Source of the DNA: a virus
Length of the DNA: 64,000 bases
Strand: one strand, 5' to 3'
IMG/VR virus record: IMGVR_UViG_3300020392_000005
Shown here piece after piece: positions 27,095 through 35,345 of the stretch; positions within the stretch are counted from its first letter, which is position 1, and each line of letters opens with the position of its first letter. Made by a program: the position numbers and the translations under genes. The notes beneath the pieces were generated by a model. The model was not told the origin of the DNA, ran no database searches, and worked only from the letters and a program-made list of their open reading frames with translations.

Positions 27095-28038
27095 TATTTA
27101 AACTTACAATTTGCCATTATCTCGGTTAGACAAGCGACCATATTAATTTCTTGGTCTGCGACAAAAGCCGCCTTGTACTGATAACCTGCAAGAATAAGAA
27201 CAGATTGAGGTATAGATTTAGGGTCTAGTGCTTTATGTAATAACTCATAGATTGCTCTAAACATAGAGACAGGCTCTTTATCTATATTCTGTATAACCCA
27301 TTTACGCATATCATTAAATCTTTTTTCTTTTAATGTTGCGATTAGTTCTTTATTGTTTGCTTCTGATATGGAAAATAGTATCCCGCTATCAATCTTACCT
27401 CTTACTGAATATCTTTGAAGTTCATTGATAGTCCGTCTGAAATCAGGAAAGTGTTTGATAATTAATTCTGCTAATACTTTTTTATCAAAAGGTACCTTCT
27501 CTTCATTTAGAACACTAGTTAATCTTGTTAATAACTGGTCAGCACATTTCTTTCGTTGACCATTTACAACTTTAAAATCAATAACCGTACACCTTGATTG
27601 TAAGGCAGGTATGATTTTACTTTTAAAATTACAAGTAAATATAAATCTACAATTCTTATGAAACTCTTCCATAAAGTTTCTTAACGCAGGTTGCACACTA
27701 TCAGCATTTGTATAGTCTGCCTCGTCTAATATAATAACTTTATGTGGGGAATCTTCTGTAAGACTTACGGTACTCGCAAAGTTTTTGATTGTAGTTCTCA
27801 ATGTATCAATTTGACGACCTTCGTCTGACCCATTGAGGACCATATAATCAACACCTAACTCTTCACACAAAGCACGAGCAACGGTTGTCTTACCTGTGCC
27901 TGCTGTGCCTGATAGAAGTAGGTGACTTATCTGACCTTGTTTTAGAAAGTTTTGAAAAGTAGTTTTGATATCCTCTGGTAGAATACACTCACTAATTTTC
28001 TTGGGACGATATTTCTCAACCCATAAAAAATCTGCCAT
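27094..28038 (-). CDS. 44: Clamp loader large subunit (T4 gp44)
   Basis: LWVEKYRP, GTAGTGKT, DEAD, SRC. Confidence 0.95.
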   Translation of the reverse strand: MADFLWVEKYRPKKISECILPEDIKTTFQNFLKQGQISHLLLSGTAGTGKTTVARALCEELGVDYMVLNGSDEGRQIDTLRTTIKNFASTVSLTEDSPHKVIILDEADYTNADSVQPALRNFMEEFHKNCRFIFTCNFKSKIIPALQSRCTVIDFKVVNGQRKKCADQLLTRLTSVLNEEKVPFDKKVLAELIIKHFPDFRRTINELQRYSVRGKIDSGILFSISEANNKELIATLKEKRFNDMRKWVIQNIDKEPVSMFRAIYELLHKALDPKSIPQSVLILAGYQYKAAFVADQEINMVACLTEIMANCKFK

Positions 28039-28058
28039 AATATATACCTCATCACAAT

Positions 28059-28724
28059 TTAAAATTCACTTTCAGGTTCTAATGCAATCCAGTATTGTAC
28101 TGGTTTTTGTCTTCCAACAAAATGACTTATCTTCTGTTTTGAAACAGAAACATCATAATCATCTTCAATCATTTTAAAGTTTTCTGCCTTGAAGTATGCT
28201 TTGAAAGTCTTATCAGTTGTACCGATATCAATACTAAACTTATTAGACGCTTTGTTTTTTCTGTCATTAGCGACTAACTGAATTGTACTGCCGTTACCTA
28301 TAACTTCAATGTCAGGCAAGTTAAGAGTAACCACACCTTTCATTAATTTTGATAAGTTGTCTTTAGATAATTTAAATGCGATTTCAGTATCAGGCATTGT
28401 TATCGTTTTAGTAGGTGCAACAATAACTGATTTATCAGCGAAAGTATATTTACTAGCAGACTTACCATCTTTGCCAGATATACCTACACTTGTTCCACCA
28501 TTAAACTTCAATGTTGGAGTTTCAAATAAATCTAAAGTTCTCAAAAATTCAGGCAAGTCATATATTGCAAACTCTTGCTCAAAGTTTTCTTTAATACTAG
28601 CAGTTGCCAGTATGTTTTTCATAGTAGAAATTGTATTTAATTTCTCACCAGGTTTAACCAGAATATTCTGATTAATATTCGCAAAGTTTTTTAAGATTGC
28701 GATTGTATCGTTAGATAGGTTCAT
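28059..28724 (-). CDS. 45: Sliding clamp (T4 gp45)
   Basis: LKNFANIN...FAIYDL...YWIALE. Confidence 0.95.
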   Translation of the reverse strand: MNLSNDTIAILKNFANINQNILVKPGEKLNTISTMKNILATASIKENFEQEFAIYDLPEFLRTLDLFETPTLKFNGGTSVGISGKDGKSASKYTFADKSVIVAPTKTITMPDTEIAFKLSKDNLSKLMKGVVTLNLPDIEVIGNGSTIQLVANDRKNKASNKFSIDIGTTDKTFKAYFKAENFKMIEDDYDVSVSKQKISHFVGRQKPVQYWIALEPESEF

Positions 28725-28750
28725 AATAAAGTTTCTCCTTAATTGTTTTC

Positions 28751-28779
28751 ATTATATAATAGTGTGGGTCCTTTGTCAA
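28751..28779 (-). promoter_or_regulatory. Consensus sigma70 promoter for the 45-44-62-regA operon
   Basis: TTGACA-17-TATAAT. Confidence 0.85.
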
Positions 28780-28786
28780 TAGGCGA

Positions 28787-29326
28787 CTAATTATTTCGTA
28801 AATAGTCAATAACATTTTTAGGTGTACTCTCAAAGTAAGGGTCATCATCTAATCCTTCGTTATTAATTCCAGGTTCTTGCCACCATTTCTCAATAACTCC
28901 GTCATTGATAACAGCCATATATCTCCAAGAACGATTACCGAAACCTAGATGGTTCTTACCTACAAGCATACCCATAAATCGTGTAAAGTTTCCTGAGCCA
29001 TCAGGTATCATTTTGACATTATCAATACCTAAACTCTTTGCCCAAGCGTTCATAACGAAACTATCGTTTACTGAAACGCAATAGACATCATCTACAGCTA
29101 GAAGTTTAATCTGACCATACTCTTTTTCAAAGCCTGGTAGTTGTTGTGAGGAACAAGTAGGCGTAAATGCACCTGGGAGAGAGAAAAGAACAACACGCTT
29201 ACCTTTAAAGTAATCGTCTGTCGTCATATTCTTCCACTCACCACCGATTGCACACCCGCCGTCTGTTGGAACCTCGTCACCAGTTCTAACTCTAAATGTA
29301 ACCTTTGGGATTTTCATACCTTGCAT
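28787..29326 (-). CDS. Peroxiredoxin (Prx5/redoxin type)
   Basis: LPGAFTPTCS, SVND.FVM.AW, RSWRY. Confidence 0.9.
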   Translation of the reverse strand: MQGMKIPKVTFRVRTGDEVPTDGGCAIGGEWKNMTTDDYFKGKRVVLFSLPGAFTPTCSSQQLPGFEKEYGQIKLLAVDDVYCVSVNDSFVMNAWAKSLGIDNVKMIPDGSGNFTRFMGMLVGKNHLGFGNRSWRYMAVINDGVIEKWWQEPGINNEGLDDDPYFESTPKNVIDYLRNN

Positions 29327-29365
29327 ATAGTTTACTCCATATTATAATTAACAAATCAATTCACT

Positions 29366-29394
29366 AATATATCAAATTGAGGTGGGATTGTCAA
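29366..29394 (-). promoter_or_regulatory. Sigma70-like promoter for peroxiredoxin
   Basis: TTGACA-17-TATATT with extended TG. Confidence 0.7.
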
Positions 29395-29420
29395 TAGCCT
29401 GGCCCGAAGGCCAGACTATC
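29394..29420 (-). terminator. UUCG hairpin after hsp20
   Basis: TAGTCTGGCC-TTCG-GGCCAGGCTA; short U tail. Confidence 0.65.
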
Positions 29421-29428
29421 TATTAATA

Positions 29429-29869
29429 TTACTTAATCGCAATATTTCTTGGTTTCTTATGGTCAGGTATAATTCTTTCCATAGATACCTTTAAAAGACC
29501 GTCTTTCAACTCGGCACCTTTGACTTCTACATCATCAGCGATTGTGAAAGATTTAGAAAAATACCTTTTAGCGATACCTTTATGGATTACTTCGCCATCT
29601 TTAGTTTCTTCTTTGTCTTCTTTTTTAGATTTAATTGATAGTACACCTTCTTCTAGGTTTACTTCAATGTCTTTTTTTGAATAACCAGCAAGAGCGATTT
29701 CTATATCGTACTTGTTCTTATCAGTTTTCACAATATTGTAATGTGGAAAACTAGGCATACTTGATAACATATCGCCTTCAAACATTTGTTCAAAATGGTC
29801 AAAGACATTATCAAATCCTACTGATACTGGTCTTAATTGATTGAAAATAGATAGTGCTTTATGTGTCAT
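29429..29869 (-). CDS. Small heat-shock protein Hsp20
   Basis: P.YNI, IEIALAG, HKGIA.R.F...F, A.LKDGLL. Confidence 0.95.
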   Translation of the reverse strand: MTHKALSIFNQLRPVSVGFDNVFDHFEQMFEGDMLSSMPSFPHYNIVKTDKNKYDIEIALAGYSKKDIEVNLEEGVLSIKSKKEDKEETKDGEVIHKGIAKRYFSKSFTIADDVEVKGAELKDGLLKVSMERIIPDHKKPRNIAIK

Positions 29870-29937
29870 TTCTAACCTCCTTTATTAAGCAAAGTTATTT
29901 TCTTTATATTACGACACCCTATTAGGCGTGTCATTAT

Positions 29938-29945
29938 TATTTATA
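29938..29945 (-). promoter_or_regulatory. Late promoter TATAAATA for hsp20
   Basis: Exact consensus followed by a leader hairpin. Confidence 0.75.
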
Positions 29946-29970
29946 TAATCATTATTATATAAAATTCAAG

Positions 29971-30164
29971 TGGCTGTTTCTTTAAAGAGTATACAGCCAA
30001 AACTCTAGCGCTTTAGGTTCTTTTTTTAGATGTTGAACCACAGGGACACCCCAAACAAACATCAGCGACACCGCATTTGATTTTTGAAATCTGGTAGCGG
30101 CAACCTTTTACGCCTCAACTAGGACTTACGAACAGCCTAGCATATTATATATATCGGCGTAAAA
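29971..30164 (-). ncRNA. Putative structured ncRNA with two tandem H-type pseudoknots
   Basis: Multiple perfect helices in a non-coding gap; see findings. Confidence 0.6.
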
Positions 30165-30167
30165 CCC

Positions 30168-30377
30168 TTAATAACCTCTTTGAGCTTTTAATTTCTTCTG
30201 CTTCTTAATCCAAGCTCTAGTCATTTCTTTCTTTTTACGATTTCTTTTATCGCAAGGCTTTTCATAATATTGCCTTTGTCTCAACTCTTTAACAATACCT
30301 GCTTTCTGTACCTTCTTTTTAAGTACTCGCATTGCTTGTTCCAAGTTGTTATTTCTTACAACGACCGTTATACTCAC
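30168..30377 (-). CDS. rpsU: Ribosomal protein bS21
   Basis: V.VRNNN.EQA.R.LKKK...G...E...R.YYEKP; GGAGG RBS, GTG start. Confidence 0.9.
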   Translation of the reverse strand: MSITVVVRNNNLEQAMRVLKKKVQKAGIVKELRQRQYYEKPCDKRNRKKKEMTRAWIKKQKKLKAQRGY

Positions 30378-30390
30378 TTACATTACCTCC

Positions 30391-31041
30391 TTATCCATAG
30401 TAAACTCCTCCGTCAGTACCATTTAAATATGTATCTGGAACCTCGTTAGGTTTGTTATAACTAATTTGTAAATCCCATTTGGCATAAACATCACCACTTG
30501 ATATAACCTCTTCAACACCTTCGTGTGATAAGAAGTATCTCTTAACAATCTCTTCGCCGATGGTACCTTTCTTACCCATAACATTTGTATCGTTCTTTTT
30601 GTTTTTTGAATAAGTTGTATAACCATTATAAGTTCGCCACTTACCATTACCCATATGTCTTAAATGTTCTAGGTCGTCTTTATTCGTTATCTTACCCATT
30701 ACTTTCAACCAATCTTTAGTTGCCTTATGTCCTATAGGTATATTAAACCAGGGGTCATTGTAACCTTTAGGATATACAATCATACGATTTTGAAAGTGTA
30801 AACTTTGTTCTTTAGTTAACCAGTTGTGTAATGCAGGACCACTTGCCCTAACAATCTCACCTTCTCTAGGATGATTTATTGTCTGTGGTAACTTATAATC
30901 ACCACAACCTAGAAAGTAAACATACCTGACACCAAGTAAACTTTCAACTTGACTACCTTTGGCAGGATGTGCTACGATATCAAAACCGTGGTTTCTAGTG
31001 TATCGTAATGTTTGTGTTTTTATACTCACTTTAAATTTCAT
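30391..31041 (-). CDS. Hypothetical protein
   Basis: ORF track; tightly packed. Confidence 0.6.
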   Translation of the reverse strand: MKFKVSIKTQTLRYTRNHGFDIVAHPAKGSQVESLLGVRYVYFLGCGDYKLPQTINHPREGEIVRASGPALHNWLTKEQSLHFQNRMIVYPKGYNDPWFNIPIGHKATKDWLKVMGKITNKDDLEHLRHMGNGKWRTYNGYTTYSKNKKNDTNVMGKKGTIGEEIVKRYFLSHEGVEEVISSGDVYAKWDLQISYNKPNEVPDTYLNGTDGGVYYG

Positions 31042-31043
31042 AA

Positions 31044-31352
31044 TTAACTCCCGTTAAAAGCGTCTACATCAATACCCATATCAGGTTTTTCATTAGACTT
31101 GTTTTCACTATCTAATAACAATACTATGTAATGTATCGCCTTAAATAAATCCATTTTATTTCTGCCTGACTTCTTACCATATCTACATAGGTATTTAATC
31201 GCATTTGATTGACAGAAATCTTTATCAATATTTAAATGTCTTAACATATCTTGGACTTGAAATCCATCTTTAGTAGATGAATAATGTTGCCCATATGTTT
31301 TTTCAATATAACTTTTAATTTCGTCTAGTATTTTATCTTCATTGTATTTCAT
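31044..31352 (-). CDS. DUF3310-like conserved T4-like protein
   Basis: TY.QHY, F...NAIKYL.RYGKK.G....DL.KAIHY. Confidence 0.75.
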   Translation of the reverse strand: MKYNEDKILDEIKSYIEKTYGQHYSSTKDGFQVQDMLRHLNIDKDFCQSNAIKYLCRYGKKSGRNKMDLFKAIHYIVLLLDSENKSNEKPDMGIDVDAFNGS

Positions 31353-31377
31353 ATAGTCCTCATAGTTAGAGTGTGAT

Positions 31378-31408
31378 AAAAAGGAGAGGCGCCACTACAC
31401 GCCTCTCC
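31378..31408 (-). terminator. Rho-independent terminator after cobS
   Basis: GGAGAGGCG-TGTAGTGG-CGCCTCTCC-TTTTT. Confidence 0.85.
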
Positions 31409-31436
31409 AAGGACCACACTATGGATAGATTTTAAA

Positions 31437-32687
31437 TTAGACAAGGTCTTCCTCGTCTTCTTCGTCCTCACTATCATTGGACTCCATTTGTTGAGCTTTC
31501 AAGGCTTCAGCCTTTTGTTCTTCAGCGATACTTTCGGCAGTTGCCCCAGCATCCACTTTAGTGTACAAGTCAACAAAAGAAGCTTTTGTATCGTCATCAA
31601 ATCTATTCGTACACAATTCAATTGCCTTCATCTTATTACCGAAGATTGAATATGCTTGTACGATATGGACAAGTCTTCTAGTTGATATAATCTCATCAAC
31701 CCCACCATCAAAGTAGGTTTTTCTGATTACATCAGCCCAAGTTGATAACTTCTCAACATACTTTTCGTCTCTTTTGCCAGCGGCAGCAAGAGTGTTGTTA
31801 AGAATTTTCTGCTCTGTTTTTACAGCAGGATATTTCTGTTCAAAGGTTACTGGAAATCTTTCTAGGAACGCTTCGTTCAATATGTTAGTACCGATAAACT
31901 TGCCGTCTTCACTACCTTGACCTTTAGTGTTAGCAGTTGCAACAACATTGAAACCTTGAGCAGGTTTAACAAACTTGTTTATCTTTTTAACATAGACACC
32001 ATTACCTTCTAGGATTGGTTGTAAACACATTATCTTATTAGAAGCAAGGTCAATCTCATCAAGGAGCAATATTGCACCTCTCTCCATTGCCTCAATAACA
32101 GGACCATTTTGCCATACGGTCTGACCATCTTTAAGTCTGTAACCGCCGAGTAAATCGTCCTCGTCTGTTTCAATAGTAATGTTTACCCTAATCATTTCTC
32201 TCTTACTCTCGGCACAAGCCTGAACAACAGAAAAAGTCTTACCGTTACCAGAAAGACCAGTAATGAATATCGGATAAAATCTTTTTGATTTAACGATACT
32301 TCTTACATCTGGATGATTACCAAATGATACGAAGCCATCATCTTTTTGTGGAACGATATCGCCTTGTAAAGATGAAATCACATAAGCAGCTTCTGATACT
32401 TTTTCAGAAACAACTTCTTTTTTAGTTTCAACTTTAGGTGAAGAATTTGTATCAGACAATACCTTGTCATTAGATACAGGTTCAACGGCAGGGATACCGT
32501 CTAAAGGCAATTTGTATTCGCCTCTACCAACTCTCAATTCAGGATTTCTTACCAACCATTGTGGTTTGAAATTCATTCCAAGAGACTTGGATACTTTCAA
32601 TAACTCATCATTATTCAAAGTAGGTTTGTTGTACATCTTTTGGGCAGCGTCAACAAACTCTTTTTGTTTAGTGTTCAAAGTTAACAT
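31437..32687 (-). CDS. cobS: CobS-like MoxR-type AAA+ ATPase
   Basis: GLSGNGKT, LLLDEID, TANTKG.G, NEAFLERF, ISTRRL. Confidence 0.9.
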   Translation of the reverse strand: MLTLNTKQKEFVDAAQKMYNKPTLNNDELLKVSKSLGMNFKPQWLVRNPELRVGRGEYKLPLDGIPAVEPVSNDKVLSDTNSSPKVETKKEVVSEKVSEAAYVISSLQGDIVPQKDDGFVSFGNHPDVRSIVKSKRFYPIFITGLSGNGKTFSVVQACAESKREMIRVNITIETDEDDLLGGYRLKDGQTVWQNGPVIEAMERGAILLLDEIDLASNKIMCLQPILEGNGVYVKKINKFVKPAQGFNVVATANTKGQGSEDGKFIGTNILNEAFLERFPVTFEQKYPAVKTEQKILNNTLAAAGKRDEKYVEKLSTWADVIRKTYFDGGVDEIISTRRLVHIVQAYSIFGNKMKAIELCTNRFDDDTKASFVDLYTKVDAGATAESIAEEQKAEALKAQQMESNDSEDEEDEEDLV

Positions 32688-32720
32688 AATGTAGTTCTCC
32701 TTTTTTTAGTTTATGTATAT

Positions 32721-32769
32721 ATGCTACCATATTTTGATACATATGTCAAGCAAAAAATGAGCATTTTTT
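32721..32769 (-). promoter_or_regulatory. Sigma70-like early promoter with upstream palindrome (copy 2)
   Basis: TTGACA-17-TAGCAT; aaaaaatg-ag-catttttt at 32752-32769. Confidence 0.7.
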
Positions 32770-32809
32770 CAACTTTTTTTGTCATATATATCAACGCTTT
32801 TTGCATATA

Positions 32810-35125
32810 CTAGGCGACCTGTCTGATAAATTTGTTTAGTAATACTCTGGAAACGGTTCTTTGTTTCATTGATTTACTAAACACTCTTCTAATATCGCCT
32901 TTTTTAGCGTCTTCTTTTAACTCATCAAGGTTGGCATTTTGTACTACCATATCTTTACCATTGATTAGATAAAATTCGTTATACCCATATGCTTCAACTG
33001 AAGCAGCTTTGTGTTTATTATATTCTTGTCTGACCTTCATTTTAATTTGGTCTTGTAAATCCCAAGTCAATTTTTGTTGTCTTTGAGATAAAGCGTATCT
33101 ATCAAACTCCCATCTTCTAGCAGACTTTAGAATAAAGAAACCGATAGTAGTAATACCAAACTTCTTTTTAAGTCCTTGTAGTAATAAACCGGTTGTACCG
33201 CCTTGACTTTTAATTTCTTTACCTTTAGATAATTTTAAGATACCTTGCGAACCATAACCTCTTTCAGGCAATTCTACTAGTCTACCATCAACGGTTGCAA
33301 AGTTTCCTTTATTGTTATTATTACTATGACCATCTGTCAAAGTAATTAAAGAAAGTTTTGACACTTGATACTTTGTTTTAAACAAAGGAATTACTTTATA
33401 CATAGTAGCAAGTGCCTCGTTCAAAGGAGTAGAAGAAAGATGAAACTCACTAGGCGGATATAATCTCTCAATATATTCACCATCAAATCTTCTTCTATAT
33501 GAATAATGGTCATTATAATACTTACCATAAGCATATAAGTAAAATAATGATTGGTCTAATTTTTGTTTTTTCAAAGTATGATTAGCAATCTCAACTAGAT
33601 TGTATGCTTCAAATCTACTATCACCTGCTTTGAAATTATAACAAGATTTCTTATTCTCTTTGGCGTCAAATCTTCTCTCATTCCAAGTGGCGTCTGATAT
33701 TCTATCTGAAAAGAAATATACTTTGAAAGGTATATTAATTTGTTTACAGAACCAAACTAATTGTAATAACTGGTCAACCGTCTTGCCAATACAATTTGAC
33801 ATACTACCTGACCAATCAAGTAATAAAATCATTCCGTGGTTTTTAGCGTCAGGTATAACTGATAGTCTTTTAAATATGTCTTCTGATATTTTGTATTTGT
33901 GTAATTTAAGTGGGTCAATAATTCCAGTCTTGTCAGTAGTCTGCCTCTTGTAACCTTCAGCAGATTTCTTCATTTCAAACTCTTTAACAAGGTATGAAAT
34001 AGTTGCCTTACTATCTCTTTTGAATTTTTTGTATTCTTCAAAGTTAGATTGAATATGTACTTTACTATGGTGTTGGTTCATATAATCATTATTAACTTGT
34101 AACCAATTCTTGTTAGAGTAAATAATGTTATCTAAATTGGCGTCTGGTATTTGAAAGTAATTGTAACCTCTACTTTCACTATCTACATATCTCTTCTGAA
34201 TTGAATTGTCAATATTGTTTTGAGTAATAGATTTCATAGGCATATTAATCTTAACATCTTTACCACCGGCACCGTCAGGATTACCAGTTTGATTTTTTAT
34301 GCTTTCAGATTTATCTTTTTCTTTTCCGTCTTCACTCTCTTTTGAACCGTCGCCGTTTTCGTTTGAGGCGTCTTCTGATTTAACAGGTTCGTTTTGACTA
34401 TCGGATTCACTTTTCTCCTGTTCGTTATTCTGGTCAGATGATTGAGAAGTTGAATTTGATTGTGAATTATCATTGTCGTCCTCTTCTGATTTTTCTTGTT
34501 CACCATACATCTTTGTTAGTGGGTGACTATCAAAGTCTGGTAACTTTTTAAGATTTTCATTTTGTTTCTTCTGCCAATCAGATAATTTTTTTGCAGCCTC
34601 AACAACATCAGCAAATGTTTTACAACTATCTACTAGGTCTACAAATAACTTATCTTCGTTAGAGAAGTTAATCTCATCTAATTGTTTTGAAGATTTAAAG
34701 TATAAGTTGATTTTATCAATCAACATCAATTCTGTATTTAAGTTCTTATTTCTAACATTGAAGAAATCATCATTCCAAAGAATATTGAAACCATCTTTAT
34801 AATCTTGTACAACACCAGGATATTTCTTTTGAATTAATTTGTCAATTCTAACATCTTCAATTACATTTATATAGTCTTTAATTTCTAATAGACCTTCATC
34901 TAAACATTTTTTCCACTCATCAGCAGGAGTATGTAAAGCGTGTGAAACTTCGTGTGCAATTAACATATCGTAAACAGCACCTTTAGGATTTTTGAAAACT
35001 GGAATAGTAAGTACCCTGTCTTCTAAATTAAAAGAAGCAGTCTGTACATTGTTATGTTGAATAGTAATATTTTCTGTAGCAAGTAATTTTGCTAGTTGTG
35101 ATTTGGAATCAATGTTGATGTTCAT
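32810..35125 (-). CDS. CobT-like protein: HExxH metallopeptidase-like domain + acidic linker + VWA domain
   Basis: LAKLLATE, AHEVSHAL, NVIEDVRI, LDWSGSM, TPLNEA, LTDG; start at 35125 behind AAGGA. Confidence 0.85.
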   Translation of the reverse strand: MNINIDSKSQLAKLLATENITIQHNNVQTASFNLEDRVLTIPVFKNPKGAVYDMLIAHEVSHALHTPADEWKKCLDEGLLEIKDYINVIEDVRIDKLIQKKYPGVVQDYKDGFNILWNDDFFNVRNKNLNTELMLIDKINLYFKSSKQLDEINFSNEDKLFVDLVDSCKTFADVVEAAKKLSDWQKKQNENLKKLPDFDSHPLTKMYGEQEKSEEDDNDNSQSNSTSQSSDQNNEQEKSESDSQNEPVKSEDASNENGDGSKESEDGKEKDKSESIKNQTGNPDGAGGKDVKINMPMKSITQNNIDNSIQKRYVDSESRGYNYFQIPDANLDNIIYSNKNWLQVNNDYMNQHHSKVHIQSNFEEYKKFKRDSKATISYLVKEFEMKKSAEGYKRQTTDKTGIIDPLKLHKYKISEDIFKRLSVIPDAKNHGMILLLDWSGSMSNCIGKTVDQLLQLVWFCKQINIPFKVYFFSDRISDATWNERRFDAKENKKSCYNFKAGDSRFEAYNLVEIANHTLKKQKLDQSLFYLYAYGKYYNDHYSYRRRFDGEYIERLYPPSEFHLSSTPLNEALATMYKVIPLFKTKYQVSKLSLITLTDGHSNNNNKGNFATVDGRLVELPERGYGSQGILKLSKGKEIKSQGGTTGLLLQGLKKKFGITTIGFFILKSARRWEFDRYALSQRQQKLTWDLQDQIKMKVRQEYNKHKAASVEAYGYNEFYLINGKDMVVQNANLDELKEDAKKGDIRRVFSKSMKQRTVSRVLLNKFIRQVA

Positions 35126-35159
35126 AGTGTTGTGTCCTTTTTTAATCATTTATATACAT

Positions 35160-35208
35160 ACGCTACCATACTTTTAAACATATGTCAAGCAAAAAATGAG
35201 CATTTTTT
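35160..35208 (-). promoter_or_regulatory. Sigma70-like early promoter with upstream palindrome (copy 3)
   Basis: TTGACA-17-TAGCGT; aaaaaatg-ag-catttttt at 35191-35208. Confidence 0.7.
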
Positions 35209-35288
35209 AACTTTTTTTTAGCGTTGATTTATAAGGGTTTTATATAATATAGTCTTATTGACCCTTAAATCGTAGGTTTTCGGCGGGT

Positions 35289-35308
35289 CTGGAGGGCGCT
35301 GGAGGGCG
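35289..35308. repeat. GC-rich 10-bp tandem direct repeat CTGGAGGGCG x2
   Basis: Seen directly in an intergenic region. Confidence 0.8.
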
Positions 35309-35345
35309 ATTGTGAGTGTCCCACGATAGATTGTATCTAGGGATT

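Noticed and set aside
29940-29970. RpoH heat-shock promoter for hsp20 (CTTGAA)
   Set aside because: No matching CCCCAT-type -10; the TATAAATA late promoter is the simpler explanation.
29971-30164. tmRNA
   Set aside because: Pseudoknots and a terminal CCA are present, but there is no tRNA-Ala-like acceptor or T-arm and no tag frame ending in AA.
31437-35125. Cobalamin biosynthesis role for cobS/cobT
   Set aside because: No cobN or other cob genes. The pair is better read as the MoxR AAA+/VWA module common in marine T4-like phages.
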